From the NCBI GenBank assembly GCA_963742735.1, contig CAVUMN010000001.1:96001-160000 (forward strand): DNA of 64,000 nucleotides. The letters run 5' to 3'. This stretch comes from an uncultured Actinomycetes bacterium (GTDB taxonomy: Bacteria; Actinomycetota; UBA4738; JBBDTT01). This document shows positions 1-10,629 of this stretch, piece by piece; the stretch's first letter is position 1, and each line of letters opens with the position of its first letter. The notes beneath the pieces were generated by a model. That model ran no database searches. It was not told where the DNA came from and was given only the letters and a program-made list of their open reading frames with translations. Position numbers and translations under genes: made by a program.

Positions 1-86
1 AGCCCGGCGGGAAGGGCATCTGATCTACCATGCGGGCGACGGACCCGTCGGGAGCCGGGTCCCCGGGGTGAAGGGGTGCATCGAGG

Positions 87-868
<782 letters not shown>

Positions 869-872
<4 letters not shown>

Positions 873-1738
873 AGACGCTCGGTGAGCTCCTCGGCACCGC
901 GGTCCCGGCGCCCGGCGACGGTCCGGTGGGCCCCGTGCTTGAGGTCCGCGACGTCCACCTCGCGTTCGCCGGGGTCCGCGCGATCCGTGGCGTCTCCTTC
1001 GAGGTCGACAGCGACGAGCTGTTCGCCATCATCGGGCCGAACGGCGCGGGCAAGACCTCGCTCTTCAACTGTCTGTCGGGCGTGTACCGGCCGCAGCAGG
1101 GCCGGCTGGTCTTCCTCGGCCAGGACATCACCGACGAGAGCCCGCACGCTATCGCCCGCCTCGGAATGGCCCGGACGTTCCAGAACGTCGAGCTGTTCGA
1201 GAACCTCACGGTGCTCGAGAACCTCCTCCTCGGCCGGCACGTGCACGTCCGATACGGGACCCTCGCCGCGCTGGTCTACGCGGGCCGAGCGAAGCGGGAG
1301 GAGGTCCGCCACCGCGCGGTGGTGGAGCACATCGTCGACTTCCTCGAGATCGAGCAGTGGCGGAAGTACCCGGTGGGCCTCTTGCCATACGGCATCAAGA
1401 AGCGCGTCGAGCTGGGACGGGCGCTCGCCATGGAGCCGAAGCTCCTGCTCCTGGACGAGCCCGTGGCCGGCATGAACGTCGAGGAGACCGAGGACATGGC
1501 CCGGTTCATCCTGGACATCCGCGAGGAGCTCGGGATCCCGATGGTCCTGGTGGAACACGACATGGGGGTGGTCATGGATCTGGCCGATCGCATCCTGGCG
1601 CTCGACTTCGGCCTTCCCATCGCGACCGACACCCCGGAGGAGATCCAGCAGCATCCGGACGTCATCCGGGCCTACCTGGGCGAGGAGCATGCCGTCGAGG
1701 CCGAGGAGGTCGCCGAGACCGAGGAGGTGGCGGGATGA
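869..1738 (+). CDS. Liv-type ABC transporter ATP-binding protein (LivG-like)
   Basis: [32 protein letters not shown]; GTG start overlaps the upstream TGA (GTGA at 869-872). Confidence 0.9.
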
Positions 1739-3654
1739 GCGGCGTGCGCACGGTACCGGTTCGGGTCCGCGAGTGGGCCGAGCGAAGCCCGGCCGAGGTC
1801 GCGCTGCGCGAGAAGCGCTTCGGCGTGTGGCAGGAGATCACCTGGGGGTCCTACTGGGAAGAGGTCGAGCTGGTCGCGCACGCCCTCATGTCGCTGGGGC
1901 TCGAGCCGGGTGACCGGGTCGGGGTCCATTCCGAGAACCGCCCGGAGTGGCTGTTCGCCGACGTTGGCACCGTGGCCGCGGGCGGCATCACCGTGGGCCT
2001 CTACCCGACGAACCCCGCGGCGGAGGTGCGGCACATCCTGGCGGACTCCGGTGCCAAGGTCCTGATCGCCGAGGACCAGGAGCAGGTCGACAAGGCCCTC
2101 GAGGTCCGGGCCGGCCTGCCGGACCTTCGGTGGATCGTCTACGTCGACCCGAGCGGCGTGACGACATATGACGACGCCTCGCTCCTGTCGTGGAACGACC
2201 TCCTCGAGCGGGGACGCGCCCATCGGGCCGAGCACCCGGATGCCGTCGACCGGACCATGGCCGCCGCCACCGAGGACGACGTCGTGACCCTCATCTACAC
2301 GAGCGGAACGACCGGTCCTCCCAAGGGCGCCATGCTCACCGCGCGCAACGTGAACCTGGCCATCGAGGTGCTCGTGACCTCGGGAGGGTTCTACCAGAAC
2401 CCCACGCCCAGGGACCTGACGCTGTCCTACCTCCCACTGGCGCACGTGGCGGACCGGATCTCGACGGAGTGGACGAACGCCGAGGCCGGGACGCGGGTGC
2501 ACTTCGCCGAGTCGATCGAAACCGTGCAGCTCAACCTGCGGGAGGTGCAGCCCACGCTGTTCTTCGCCGTCCCGCGGATCTGGGAGAAGATGCGGGCGAC
2601 GGTCGAGATCAAGATGGCGTCGGCCTCCCGCATCAAGCGGTGGAACTACGGCCTGTGGATGCGACTCGGCCGCAGCGTGGGCCGGTCGCTCGCTGAGAAC
2701 GGCGGGACGCACACCGTCGGAACCCGCCTCCGGTACGCCCTCGGCTACCCCTTCCTGTTCTGGCCGCTGCGCCGGCAGCTCGGCCTCGCGAAGTGCCGGT
2801 TCGCCTCCAGCGGCGCGGCCCCGATCGCCCCGGAGGTCCTGGAGTGGTTCTTCGGCCTCGGGGTGGTCATCCACGAGATCTACGGCATGACCGAGAACGC
2901 CGCGGTCGCGACCGTGAACCGTCCAGGCCGGATCAAGCTCGGGACGGTCGGTGAGGCCCACGCCGGCATCGAGGTCAAGATCGACGAGCGTACGGGCGAG
3001 ATCCTGACCCGGCACGCCGGGGTGTTCGCGGGCTACTGGAAGCAGAAGGCGAGGACCAAGGAGACGATCGACGCCGAGGGATGGCTGCACACGGGCGACG
3101 TCGGCGAGCTGGTCGACGGCACCCACATCCGCATCGTGGACCGCATCAAGGACATCCTCATCACCGCGGGCGGCAAGAACATCTCCCCGTCCGAGATCGA
3201 GAACTCGCTCAAGTTCTCGCCGTTCATCAAGGAGGCCGTGGTGGTGGGCGACCGCCAGCCGTACCTGAGCGCGCTGATCGGCATCGAGTGGGACACCGTG
3301 GGCGACTGGGCGCAGCGCCGCCGCCTGCCGTACACGACGTACCGGAATCTCTCCGAGAACCCCGAGGTGCTCAAGCTGGTCCAGGACATCGTCTGCGAGA
3401 CGAACGAGCGGTTCTCGCGTCCGGAGAACGTCCGCATGTTCCGGATGATCCCGAAGGAGCTGGACCACGAGGACGGCGAGCTGACGGCGACCCAGAAGGT
3501 CAAGCGCGCGGCGATCGCCGACATGTTCGGGCACCTCGTCGAGGACATGTATTCCGGCGGGAAGGCGCACGCGGGAGGCGACCTCGCCGAGGTGTACTCC
3601 CCCACGCGGCTCGAGGAGGACGAGGACGCCCCGGCGCCGGTGGGAGGCCGCTAG
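1735..3654 (+). CDS. Long-chain acyl-CoA synthetase (AMP-binding)
   Basis: YTSGTTGPPKG AMP-binding loop, YGMTE, GWLHTGDVG, DRIKD, ELTATQKVKR; ATGA overlap with the previous gene. Confidence 0.9.
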   Translation: MSGVRTVPVRVREWAERSPAEVALREKRFGVWQEITWGSYWEEVELVAHALMSLGLEPGDRVGVHSENRPEWLFADVGTVAAGGITVGLYPTNPAAEVRHILADSGAKVLIAEDQEQVDKALEVRAGLPDLRWIVYVDPSGVTTYDDASLLSWNDLLERGRAHRAEHPDAVDRTMAAATEDDVVTLIYTSGTTGPPKGAMLTARNVNLAIEVLVTSGGFYQNPTPRDLTLSYLPLAHVADRISTEWTNAEAGTRVHFAESIETVQLNLREVQPTLFFAVPRIWEKMRATVEIKMASASRIKRWNYGLWMRLGRSVGRSLAENGGTHTVGTRLRYALGYPFLFWPLRRQLGLAKCRFASSGAAPIAPEVLEWFFGLGVVIHEIYGMTENAAVATVNRPGRIKLGTVGEAHAGIEVKIDERTGEILTRHAGVFAGYWKQKARTKETIDAEGWLHTGDVGELVDGTHIRIVDRIKDILITAGGKNISPSEIENSLKFSPFIKEAVVVGDRQPYLSALIGIEWDTVGDWAQRRRLPYTTYRNLSENPEVLKLVQDIVCETNERFSRPENVRMFRMIPKELDHEDGELTATQKVKRAAIADMFGHLVEDMYSGGKAHAGGDLAEVYSPTRLEEDEDAPAPVGGR

Positions 3655-4551
3655 GTGGAAGAGTTCGTCGCCGCCACCGTCCGGGGACTGGGGCAGGGCT
3701 CGCTCTACGCCCTGCTGGGGCTCGGCTTCGTGATGGTCTACAAGAGCACGAAGGTCGTGAACTTCGCCCAGCCGGCGCTGATGATCCTCGGGGCCTATTT
3801 CGCCTCCTACTACTCGATCACGCTGGGGCTCGGGTTCTGGGCCGCGCTCCCGCTGGCGATCCTCACGGGGGCCCTGCTGGGGGCGGTCGTCGAACGGCTG
3901 GCGCTGCGCCCCATGGTCGGCGAGCCCGCCTTCGCGACGGCGATGGTGACGGTCGGCGTCTTCATCGTGCTCTCGGTGATCGCCGGCAACCTGATCGGAT
4001 CGGACATCCGCCGGGTCGGCGACCCGTGGGGACTCAAGCAGACGAACCTGTTGGGCGCGGTCGTGTTCCAGATCGATCTGGTGAAGGTCGCCGTGGCGGC
4101 CGTGGCCATCGGGGCGCTGACCGTGTTCCTCAAGCGCACGCGGGTCGGCCTGGCCATGCGCGCGACCGCGTACAACCAGGAGACCTCCCTGGCCCAGGGG
4201 ATCCCGGTCGGCCGGATGTTCGCCCTGTCGTGGGCCCTGGCCGGGTCCCTCGGGGCGATCGCCGGGGCGTTCGTGGGCAGCGGCGGCGCCGGTTTCACCC
4301 AGAACTCGGGGTTCATCGCGCTGAAGGCGCTGCCGGCCATCGTCCTGGGAGGTCTCGACTCGGCGCCGGGCGCCGTCGTCGGCGGCCTGGTGATCGGCCT
4401 CGCGGAGGCGTACACGAAGACGTACCAGCCCGACCTGTTCCCGTGGGCCGGGTCCAACGTCGACCAGGTGGTCCCCTACGTCGTGATGTTCATCGTCCTC
4501 CTGGTCCGCCCGTACGGTCTGTTCGGGACGCCCGAGATCGAGCGCGTATGA
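3655..4551 (+). CDS. Liv-type ABC permease (LivH-like)
   Basis: GSLYALLGLGF..VYK..VVNFAQ, GLAMRATA, LGGLDS, RPYGLFG; hydrophobic. Confidence 0.9.
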   Translation: MEEFVAATVRGLGQGSLYALLGLGFVMVYKSTKVVNFAQPALMILGAYFASYYSITLGLGFWAALPLAILTGALLGAVVERLALRPMVGEPAFATAMVTVGVFIVLSVIAGNLIGSDIRRVGDPWGLKQTNLLGAVVFQIDLVKVAVAAVAIGALTVFLKRTRVGLAMRATAYNQETSLAQGIPVGRMFALSWALAGSLGAIAGAFVGSGGAGFTQNSGFIALKALPAIVLGGLDSAPGAVVGGLVIGLAEAYTKTYQPDLFPWAGSNVDQVVPYVVMFIVLLVRPYGLFGTPEIERV

Positions 4552-5660
4552 GGGGCCGGCCGTCGCTGGTCACGTCGTACGCCCAGGACCAACAGACCCT
4601 CGGAACCTGGACGAAGCGCGGCTCGTTCGTGCTGCTCGGAGTCGTCCTGGCGGTCCTGCCGCTGTTCATCGACGGGGAGCTCAACGCGTTGATGGCCACG
4701 GCCTTCCTGGCGTCCATCGGGGCCATCGGGCTCAACATCGTCACCGGGTTCGCGGGGCAGGTCTCGCTGGGGCACGCGTTCTTCCTCGGGCTCGGCGCGT
4801 ACACCGCGGCGGTCCTGAACGGAGACCCGGACGGACGCACGGTCGGGTTCGGCCTCGACATGTGGATCTGGCTGCCGGCGGCCGGGCTGGTGGCGGCGAT
4901 CGTGGGCCTGCTGGTCGCCCCGATCGCGACCCGCCTGAAGGGCCTCTATCTGGCGATCGTCACCCTCGGTTTGGTGTTCATCGGTCAGCATCTGTTCCAG
5001 GAGATGCGGTCCCTGACGGGGGGAGCGGGCGTCGGCCGGTCTGCGGCGGACCTGTCCCTGTTCGGGGCGAACTTCGAACGAGGGGGTGCGCTCCTCGGAC
5101 GCGAGATCTCCCGCGAGGCGAACCTGTACTGGATCAGCCTGGGGCTGCTGGTCGTGATGGCCGTGCTCGCGAAGAACCTCCTCCGCTCGGCGATCGGCCG
5201 GGGGTTCACCGCGGTGCGGGACCGCGACATCGCCGCCGAGGTCATGGGCGTGCAGCTCACGAAGCACAAGGTGATCGCGTTCACGATCTCGTCGTTCTAC
5301 GCGGGGGTCGCCGGAGCGATGCTCTCGACCGTCACCGGCTACATCGAGCCGGGGGGCTACAACCTCTTGCTGTCGGTGCAGTACCTGGCGATGATCCTGA
5401 TCGGCGGCATCGGCGCGCTGTCCGGGTCGATCCTCGGAGCCGCGTTCGTGATCCTGCTGCCGCGGTTCGTCGAGGAGATCCCGCGCGTGCTCCCGATCAT
5501 CAGTGGCGGCTCGACCGGCGGATTCCTCACGGTCTTCCAGCTCCAGACGCTGCTCTACGGGGTCCTCATCGTCGTGTTCCTCATCCTGGAGCCGCGCGGG
5601 CTGTTCGGGGTGTGGATCCGGGTCAAGAACTACTTCCGCACCTGGCCGTTCTCGTACTGA
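4548..5660 (+). CDS. Liv-type ABC permease (LivM-like)
   Basis: [51 protein letters not shown]; ATGA overlap. Confidence 0.9.
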   Translation: MRGRPSLVTSYAQDQQTLGTWTKRGSFVLLGVVLAVLPLFIDGELNALMATAFLASIGAIGLNIVTGFAGQVSLGHAFFLGLGAYTAAVLNGDPDGRTVGFGLDMWIWLPAAGLVAAIVGLLVAPIATRLKGLYLAIVTLGLVFIGQHLFQEMRSLTGGAGVGRSAADLSLFGANFERGGALLGREISREANLYWISLGLLVVMAVLAKNLLRSAIGRGFTAVRDRDIAAEVMGVQLTKHKVIAFTISSFYAGVAGAMLSTVTGYIEPGGYNLLLSVQYLAMILIGGIGALSGSILGAAFVILLPRFVEEIPRVLPIISGGSTGGFLTVFQLQTLLYGVLIVVFLILEPRGLFGVWIRVKNYFRTWPFSY

Positions 5661-5687
5661 CCCGACCCGGCGGTTGCCCGGGCTGAC

Positions 5688-5701
5688 TAGAACGTGTTCT
5701 A
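5688..5701. promoter_or_regulatory. KstR-type operator
   Basis: TAGAACGTGTTCTA matches TnnAACnnGTTnnA; 9 nt upstream of the crotonase ATG; kstR homolog in the window. Confidence 0.85.
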
Positions 5702-5710
5702 CTTCCGGCC

Positions 5711-6505
5711 ATGAGCGACGATCCCCACCTCCTGGTCGACCGTGACGGGCCCATCGTCACGCTGACGATGAACCGCCCCGACGCGCGCAACGCGCTGTCG
5801 GCGGAGATGCTCGCCCGCCTGGTCGACGCGTGGCACCTGATCGACGAGGACGATTCGATCCGCGTGGCGATCCTCACGGGCGGTCCCGACGTGTTCTGCG
5901 CCGGAGCCGACCTCAAGACGATGTTCTCGCCCGGCACGGATTCGTGGAGCCAGCGGTTCCAGGAGGACCCCGAGCTCGCGTGGAAGGGCCTGCTCCGCAA
6001 CTACCGCCTGACCAAACCACTGATCGCCGCCGTCGAGGGCTACGCCGTCGCGGGCGGCACCGAGATCTTGCAGGGCACGGACATCCGCGTCGCCGGCGAG
6101 GGCGCGCAGTTCGGCCTGGCGGAGGTGAAGCGCGGGCTGTTCCCTCTGGGCGGCTCGACCGTCCGGCTTCGCCGCCAGATCCCCTACGCGTGGGCCATGG
6201 ACATCCTGCTCACCGGCCGGTTCATCCCCGCCGAGGAGGCCCTGCAGATGGGCCTCATCAACAAGATCGTGCCGAAGGGCGAGGCCCTGAAGGCGGCGCG
6301 CGAGTACGCGGAGATGATCTCGGAGAACGCGCCGCTGTCGGTCAAGGCCATCAAGCGTTCGGTTCAGGAGACCGAGGGCCTCCCCGAGAAGGAGGCGCTC
6401 AACATCGAGTTCAACATCGGTTTCCCGATCTTCCAGACCGCGGACGCCCGCGAGGGCGCGAAGGCCTTCTCCGAGAAGCGCAAGCCCGACTACAAGGGCG
6501 AGTAG
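5711..6505 (+). CDS. Enoyl-CoA hydratase, EchA19-like (steroid side chain)
   Basis: MNRPDARNAL, FCAGADLK, KPLIAAVEGYAVAGGTEILQGTDIRVAG, RLRRQIPY; KstR box upstream. Confidence 0.85.
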   Translation: MSDDPHLLVDRDGPIVTLTMNRPDARNALSAEMLARLVDAWHLIDEDDSIRVAILTGGPDVFCAGADLKTMFSPGTDSWSQRFQEDPELAWKGLLRNYRLTKPLIAAVEGYAVAGGTEILQGTDIRVAGEGAQFGLAEVKRGLFPLGGSTVRLRRQIPYAWAMDILLTGRFIPAEEALQMGLINKIVPKGEALKAAREYAEMISENAPLSVKAIKRSVQETEGLPEKEALNIEFNIGFPIFQTADAREGAKAFSEKRKPDYKGE

Positions 6506-7099
6506 TTGGATCCGCTCGCCGACGCCGTCCGCCGGCTCGTCCGGCTCTGCGTCGCCAGCGACGCTCCCCCCGAGGTCCGCGACGCGGCCGTCGCCGAGCT
6601 CGAGTCCGTCGCCGAGCGGCTCGAGGCCCACGCGCTGCGCCCCGACAAGATGCCGAGCCTCCCCGACATGCACGACCTGCAGGCGGCCTTCCACTCCGAC
6701 CCCGTCGTGGGCGCGAAGAACCCGATCGCGCCGCCCGTGGAGATCTGGGTGGAGGGTCGCGAGGTCCACGGCCGGGTCACGTTCCAGCGCCAGTACGAGG
6801 GACCGCCGGGCTACGTGCACGGCGCGATCGTCGCGGCCGTGTTCGACCTGTTCCTGGGGGCGGCCAACCTCGCCGCCGGGAACACCGGGATGACCGGGAC
6901 GCTGACGATCCGCTACCTGCGCCCCACGCCCCTCTACCAGGAGATCCTGATCGAGGCGTCCCAGATCGCCGTCGAGGGTCGCAAGACGTTCGTCGGCGGA
7001 CGGTTCCTCCACGGCGCGCAGGTCACCGCCGAGGCCGAGGGCGTCTTCGTCAGCCTCCGGGACACCCGCGCTGCGGAGTACTTCCAGAAGAAGGCCTGA
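6506..7099 (+). CDS. PaaI-family hotdog thioesterase
   Basis: YEGPPGYVHGAIVAAVFD, TGTLTIRYLRPTPL; TTG start directly after the upstream stop. Confidence 0.8.
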   Translation: MDPLADAVRRLVRLCVASDAPPEVRDAAVAELESVAERLEAHALRPDKMPSLPDMHDLQAAFHSDPVVGAKNPIAPPVEIWVEGREVHGRVTFQRQYEGPPGYVHGAIVAAVFDLFLGAANLAAGNTGMTGTLTIRYLRPTPLYQEILIEASQIAVEGRKTFVGGRFLHGAQVTAEAEGVFVSLRDTRAAEYFQKKA

Positions 7100-7860
7100 T
7101 GCCCCGCACGTACGCCGTGACCGGCTCCGCATCGGGGATCGGCAAGGCCGTCCGGAGCTATCTGGAGGCCCGGGGGGACCGCGTGATCGGGGTGGACCAC
7201 CGCGACGAGGACGTGACGGCCGACCTCGCCAGTACCGAGGGGCGCACCGCGATGGTCGAGGGCGTCCGCGAGCTGAGCGGAGGCCGGCTCGACGGGGTGA
7301 TCGCCTCGGCCGGGCTGTCCGAGGGTGCGCCGATCACCGTCCGGGTGAACTTCTTCGGCGTCGTGGCGACGCTGGAGGGACTGCGCCCGCTCCTCGCCGA
7401 GGGCGACACGCCCCGGGCCGTGGCCCTCACGTCGACCGCCGCGAACCATCCGGTCCTCGACGCGATCGTCGACGCGTGCCTTGCCGGCGACGAGGACGCC
7501 GCGGTCGAGGCCGGCCGCGACGCCGACTACGCGAACTACTCCTCTTCCAAGCGGGCGCTGTCCCGGTGGATCCGGCGAACCGCGGGGACCCCGGAGTGGG
7601 CGGGGGCCGGCATCGCCCTGAACGGGATCGCCCCCGGGGTGGTGGTCACGCCGATGACGCAGGCGATCGTGGACGACCCCTCGGCGCGGCTGGTGATGGA
7701 CCAGGCCGTGCCGATGCCGTTCGGCGGCCACTCGAGGCCCGAGGACCTGGCGCCGCTCCTGGCGTTCCTGACGAGTCCCGAGAACACCCACGTCACCGGG
7801 CAGATCGTCTACGTCGACGGGGGCGCGGACCTCGTCTACCGGGGCGACGCGGTCTGGTAG
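7099..7860 (+). CDS. SDR, 3-alpha-hydroxysteroid dehydrogenase/carbonyl reductase-like
   Basis: TGSASGIG, short VIGVD..DVTADLASTEGR segment, VNFFG, YSSSK catalytic motif, GQIVYVDGG. Confidence 0.75.
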   Translation: MPRTYAVTGSASGIGKAVRSYLEARGDRVIGVDHRDEDVTADLASTEGRTAMVEGVRELSGGRLDGVIASAGLSEGAPITVRVNFFGVVATLEGLRPLLAEGDTPRAVALTSTAANHPVLDAIVDACLAGDEDAAVEAGRDADYANYSSSKRALSRWIRRTAGTPEWAGAGIALNGIAPGVVVTPMTQAIVDDPSARLVMDQAVPMPFGGHSRPEDLAPLLAFLTSPENTHVTGQIVYVDGGADLVYRGDAVW

Positions 7861-7864
7861 CCGC

Positions 7865-8986
7865 CTAGCGCCGGGCGTCCTCGCCGGCGACGTCGCGGAC
7901 CCGGGCGAAGGCCTCCTCGGCCTCCGCGGCCAGCCGGGCGACGACCTCCTCGGCGGAGCGCTCCTCGGTCATCCGCCCCACGATCTGACCGACCGGCATC
8001 CCCGCCAGCTCGTTGGGCAGGTTCTGGAACATCCGATGCTGCGCCTCGGCGGTGAGCATGAACTGCAGCGGCATCGGCAGCGGGTCGGGGTTCTCGGGGT
8101 CGTCCCAGGCGTCCGTCCACTTGGTCCGGAGCAGCCGCGCCGGCTTGCCGGTCCACGCCCGGGTGCGGACGGTGTCGCGGCTCCCGGCGGCGAGCAGCTT
8201 CTCCTTCACCGGGCCGGGGATCTCGTTCTCGAGGGTGGTGAGCCAGATCGAGCCCGTCCACACGCCCTCGGCGCCGAGCGCGAGCGCCGCGGCGATCTGA
8301 CGTCCGGTCCCCACTCCCCCGGCCGCGAGCACCGGCTTCGGCGCCAGCGCGTCGACGACCTCGGGCCACAGGACCATGCTGGCGACGGTCCCGGTGTGTC
8401 CGGCCGCCTCGGTGCCCTGCGCGATGACGATGTCGACCCCCGCGGCGGACTGTGTGCGCGCCTGGTCGACGTGTCCCACCAGCCCGGCGACCGGGACGCC
8501 GGCCGCGTGCGAGCGCTCGATGACGTCCTCGGGCAGCGGCCCGAGGGCGCTGGACAGAAGCTTGATCGGATGCTTGAAGGCCACGTCGATCTGCGGCATC
8601 CCGGTCGCCGCCGTCCAGCCCAGGAGCTCACGGACCTCGGTCCCCTCGGGGAGCGGCGGGATGCCGGCCTCGGCCAGGACCCGCTCCACGAACGCCTTGT
8701 GCTCCGGCGGGATCTGCTCCTCCAGACCTGACATCAGGGCGACCGGATCGGAGATGTTCATGCCCTCGTACTTCACGGGCGTCACGATGTTCACGCCGTA
8801 CGGCTTGCCGTCGGTGTGCTCGTCGAGCCAGGTGAGCTCCTCCTCGAGCTCCTCCGGGCTGAACCGCAGCGCGCCCAGGACGCCGAACCCACCGGCGCGG
8901 CTCACGGCCGCGGCGACCGCACTGACGTGGGTGAACGCGAAGATCGGGTGCTCGATGCCGAACTGCTCGGTGAGCCGGGTCTTCAC
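7865..8986 (-). CDS. Nitronate monooxygenase-family flavoprotein (Rv1894c-like)
   Basis: FGIEHPIFAFTH, AQGTEAAGHTG, VLAAGGVGTGRQ, GKPARLLRT; GTG start overlaps the upstream stop. Confidence 0.8.
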   Translation of the reverse strand: MKTRLTEQFGIEHPIFAFTHVSAVAAAVSRAGGFGVLGALRFSPEELEEELTWLDEHTDGKPYGVNIVTPVKYEGMNISDPVALMSGLEEQIPPEHKAFVERVLAEAGIPPLPEGTEVRELLGWTAATGMPQIDVAFKHPIKLLSSALGPLPEDVIERSHAAGVPVAGLVGHVDQARTQSAAGVDIVIAQGTEAAGHTGTVASMVLWPEVVDALAPKPVLAAGGVGTGRQIAAALALGAEGVWTGSIWLTTLENEIPGPVKEKLLAAGSRDTVRTRAWTGKPARLLRTKWTDAWDDPENPDPLPMPLQFMLTAEAQHRMFQNLPNELAGMPVGQIVGRMTEERSAEEVVARLAAEAEEAFARVRDVAGEDARR

Positions 8987-10581
8987 GAGACCGGCACCTC
9001 CTCCCCCGCGGCGACCTTCTTCGCCCACGGATAGTCGGGCTTCCCGCTGGGGTGGCGCAGGATGGTCTCGACGAACGTGTACGCGCGGGGGACCTTGTAG
9101 CCGGCCACCAGAGTACGGGCGTGGGCGTCGAGGGCTTCCTCGGTCGGGGTCGCCCCCGGGTGCGGCTGCACGACCGCGGCCACGCGTTCGCCCCACCGCT
9201 CGTCGGGGATCCCGACCACGACCGCGTCGTCCACGTCGGGGTGGCCCTTGAGCGCCGACTCGACCTCCTCGGGATAGATCTTCTCGCCGCCCGAGTTGAT
9301 GCAGACGGTTCCGCGGCCGAGGACCTTCACGATCCCGTCGGGTTCCACGAGCGCCATGTCTCCGAGCAGCACCCACCGCTCGCCGTCGATCTCCACGAAC
9401 GTCTCCGCGGTCTTCTCCGGGTCGTTGTAGTAGCCGACGGGGATGCGTCCGCGGAGGGCGACCTTGCCGACGACGTCCGAGCCGGGCTGAACGAACCGGC
9501 CCTCGTCGTCGATCACCCGAGTGCGGTCGTTCATCATGAACCGCATCCGGTCCCCGCCCGGGACGGCGCCTCCCTGGTACCCCGTCTCGGTGGCGCCGAA
9601 GTTCTCGGTGACGATGCAGTTGGGAAGCAGCGCGCGCAGCCGCTCCTTGACCGACTCCGAGAGCAGCGCGCCGGCGGAACCGAAGTAGACGAGCGAGCTC
9701 ACGTCGCGGGTCCCCACGGACCCCTCCAGGACGTCGGCCATCGGGGCGGCGATCGCGTCCCCGACCACCGTGATCGTGTTGATCTGCTCGCGTTCGATCA
9801 CGTCCCAGGCGACCTCGGGGTCGAACTTGGGGATCAGCGCCACCCGGTCGCCCCAGAAGAACGCGATGAACACGCCGAGCTGGGCCGCCCCGTGGATGAG
9901 CGGCGGGATCGGGAACTGGTTCGTGGGGGGCTTGGCCTGCGCGTTCTGGGCGAGCTCCTCGGGTGCCGAGATGGGCGTGCCCACCGGGTTCCCGCCGCCC
10001 ATGCCGGTGAAGAAGATGTCCTCCTGGCGCCACACCACGCCCTTGGGCATGCCCGTGGTCCCGCCCGTGTAGATGATGAAGTGGTCGTCGGGAGACCGCT
10101 CTGGGAAGTCGCGCTCCGGAGATGCGGCCTCCAGGGCCGCCTCGAACTCCGTCGCGCCGAGGACGTCGCAGTCGGCGCCGCTGTCGTCGTCGACGTAGAC
10201 GAACGTGCGCAGGGTGGGGACCTTCTCGCGAACCGAGGCCACCCGCGGGCAGAACTCGCGCTGCATGACCACGCCCACCAGGTCGGCGTTGTCGAACAGA
10301 TAGGTGAGCTCGGCTTCGACGTAGCGATAGTTCACGTTGATGGGGACCGCGCGAATCTTGAAGCAGGCCAGCATCGCCTCGACGTACTCGGTCCCGTTGT
10401 AGAGGTAGAGGCCGACGTGGTCGCCGGGCGCGATGCCCTGGGCGGCCAGGTGATGGGCCATCCGGTTGGCGCGCTCGTCGAGCCGGCGGTAGGTCAGGCG
10501 GCGGTCGCCGCAGACCAGCGCCTCTCGATCGGGGATGGCGTCGACGACGGACTCGAACAGGTCGGCCAGGTTGAACTGCAC
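8983..10581 (-). CDS. Acyl-CoA synthetase, FadD19-like
   Basis: FNLADLFE, INVNYRYVEAEL, YTGGTTGMPKGVVWRQED, CINSGGEKIYPEEVE, SGKPDYPWA; KstR box upstream. Confidence 0.85.
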   Translation of the reverse strand: MQFNLADLFESVVDAIPDREALVCGDRRLTYRRLDERANRMAHHLAAQGIAPGDHVGLYLYNGTEYVEAMLACFKIRAVPINVNYRYVEAELTYLFDNADLVGVVMQREFCPRVASVREKVPTLRTFVYVDDDSGADCDVLGATEFEAALEAASPERDFPERSPDDHFIIYTGGTTGMPKGVVWRQEDIFFTGMGGGNPVGTPISAPEELAQNAQAKPPTNQFPIPPLIHGAAQLGVFIAFFWGDRVALIPKFDPEVAWDVIEREQINTITVVGDAIAAPMADVLEGSVGTRDVSSLVYFGSAGALLSESVKERLRALLPNCIVTENFGATETGYQGGAVPGGDRMRFMMNDRTRVIDDEGRFVQPGSDVVGKVALRGRIPVGYYNDPEKTAETFVEIDGERWVLLGDMALVEPDGIVKVLGRGTVCINSGGEKIYPEEVESALKGHPDVDDAVVVGIPDERWGERVAAVVQPHPGATPTEEALDAHARTLVAGYKVPRAYTFVETILRHPSGKPDYPWAKKVAAGEEVPVS

Positions 10582-10590
10582 GTCAGAAAG

Positions 10591-10604
10591 TAGAACACGT
10601 TCTC
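10591..10604. promoter_or_regulatory. KstR-type operator (one mismatch)
   Basis: TAGAACACGTTCTC, 9 nt upstream of the fadD19-like start. Confidence 0.75.
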
Positions 10605-10629
10605 ATTCTGTCGCGCAAGGCCGGCTCGG

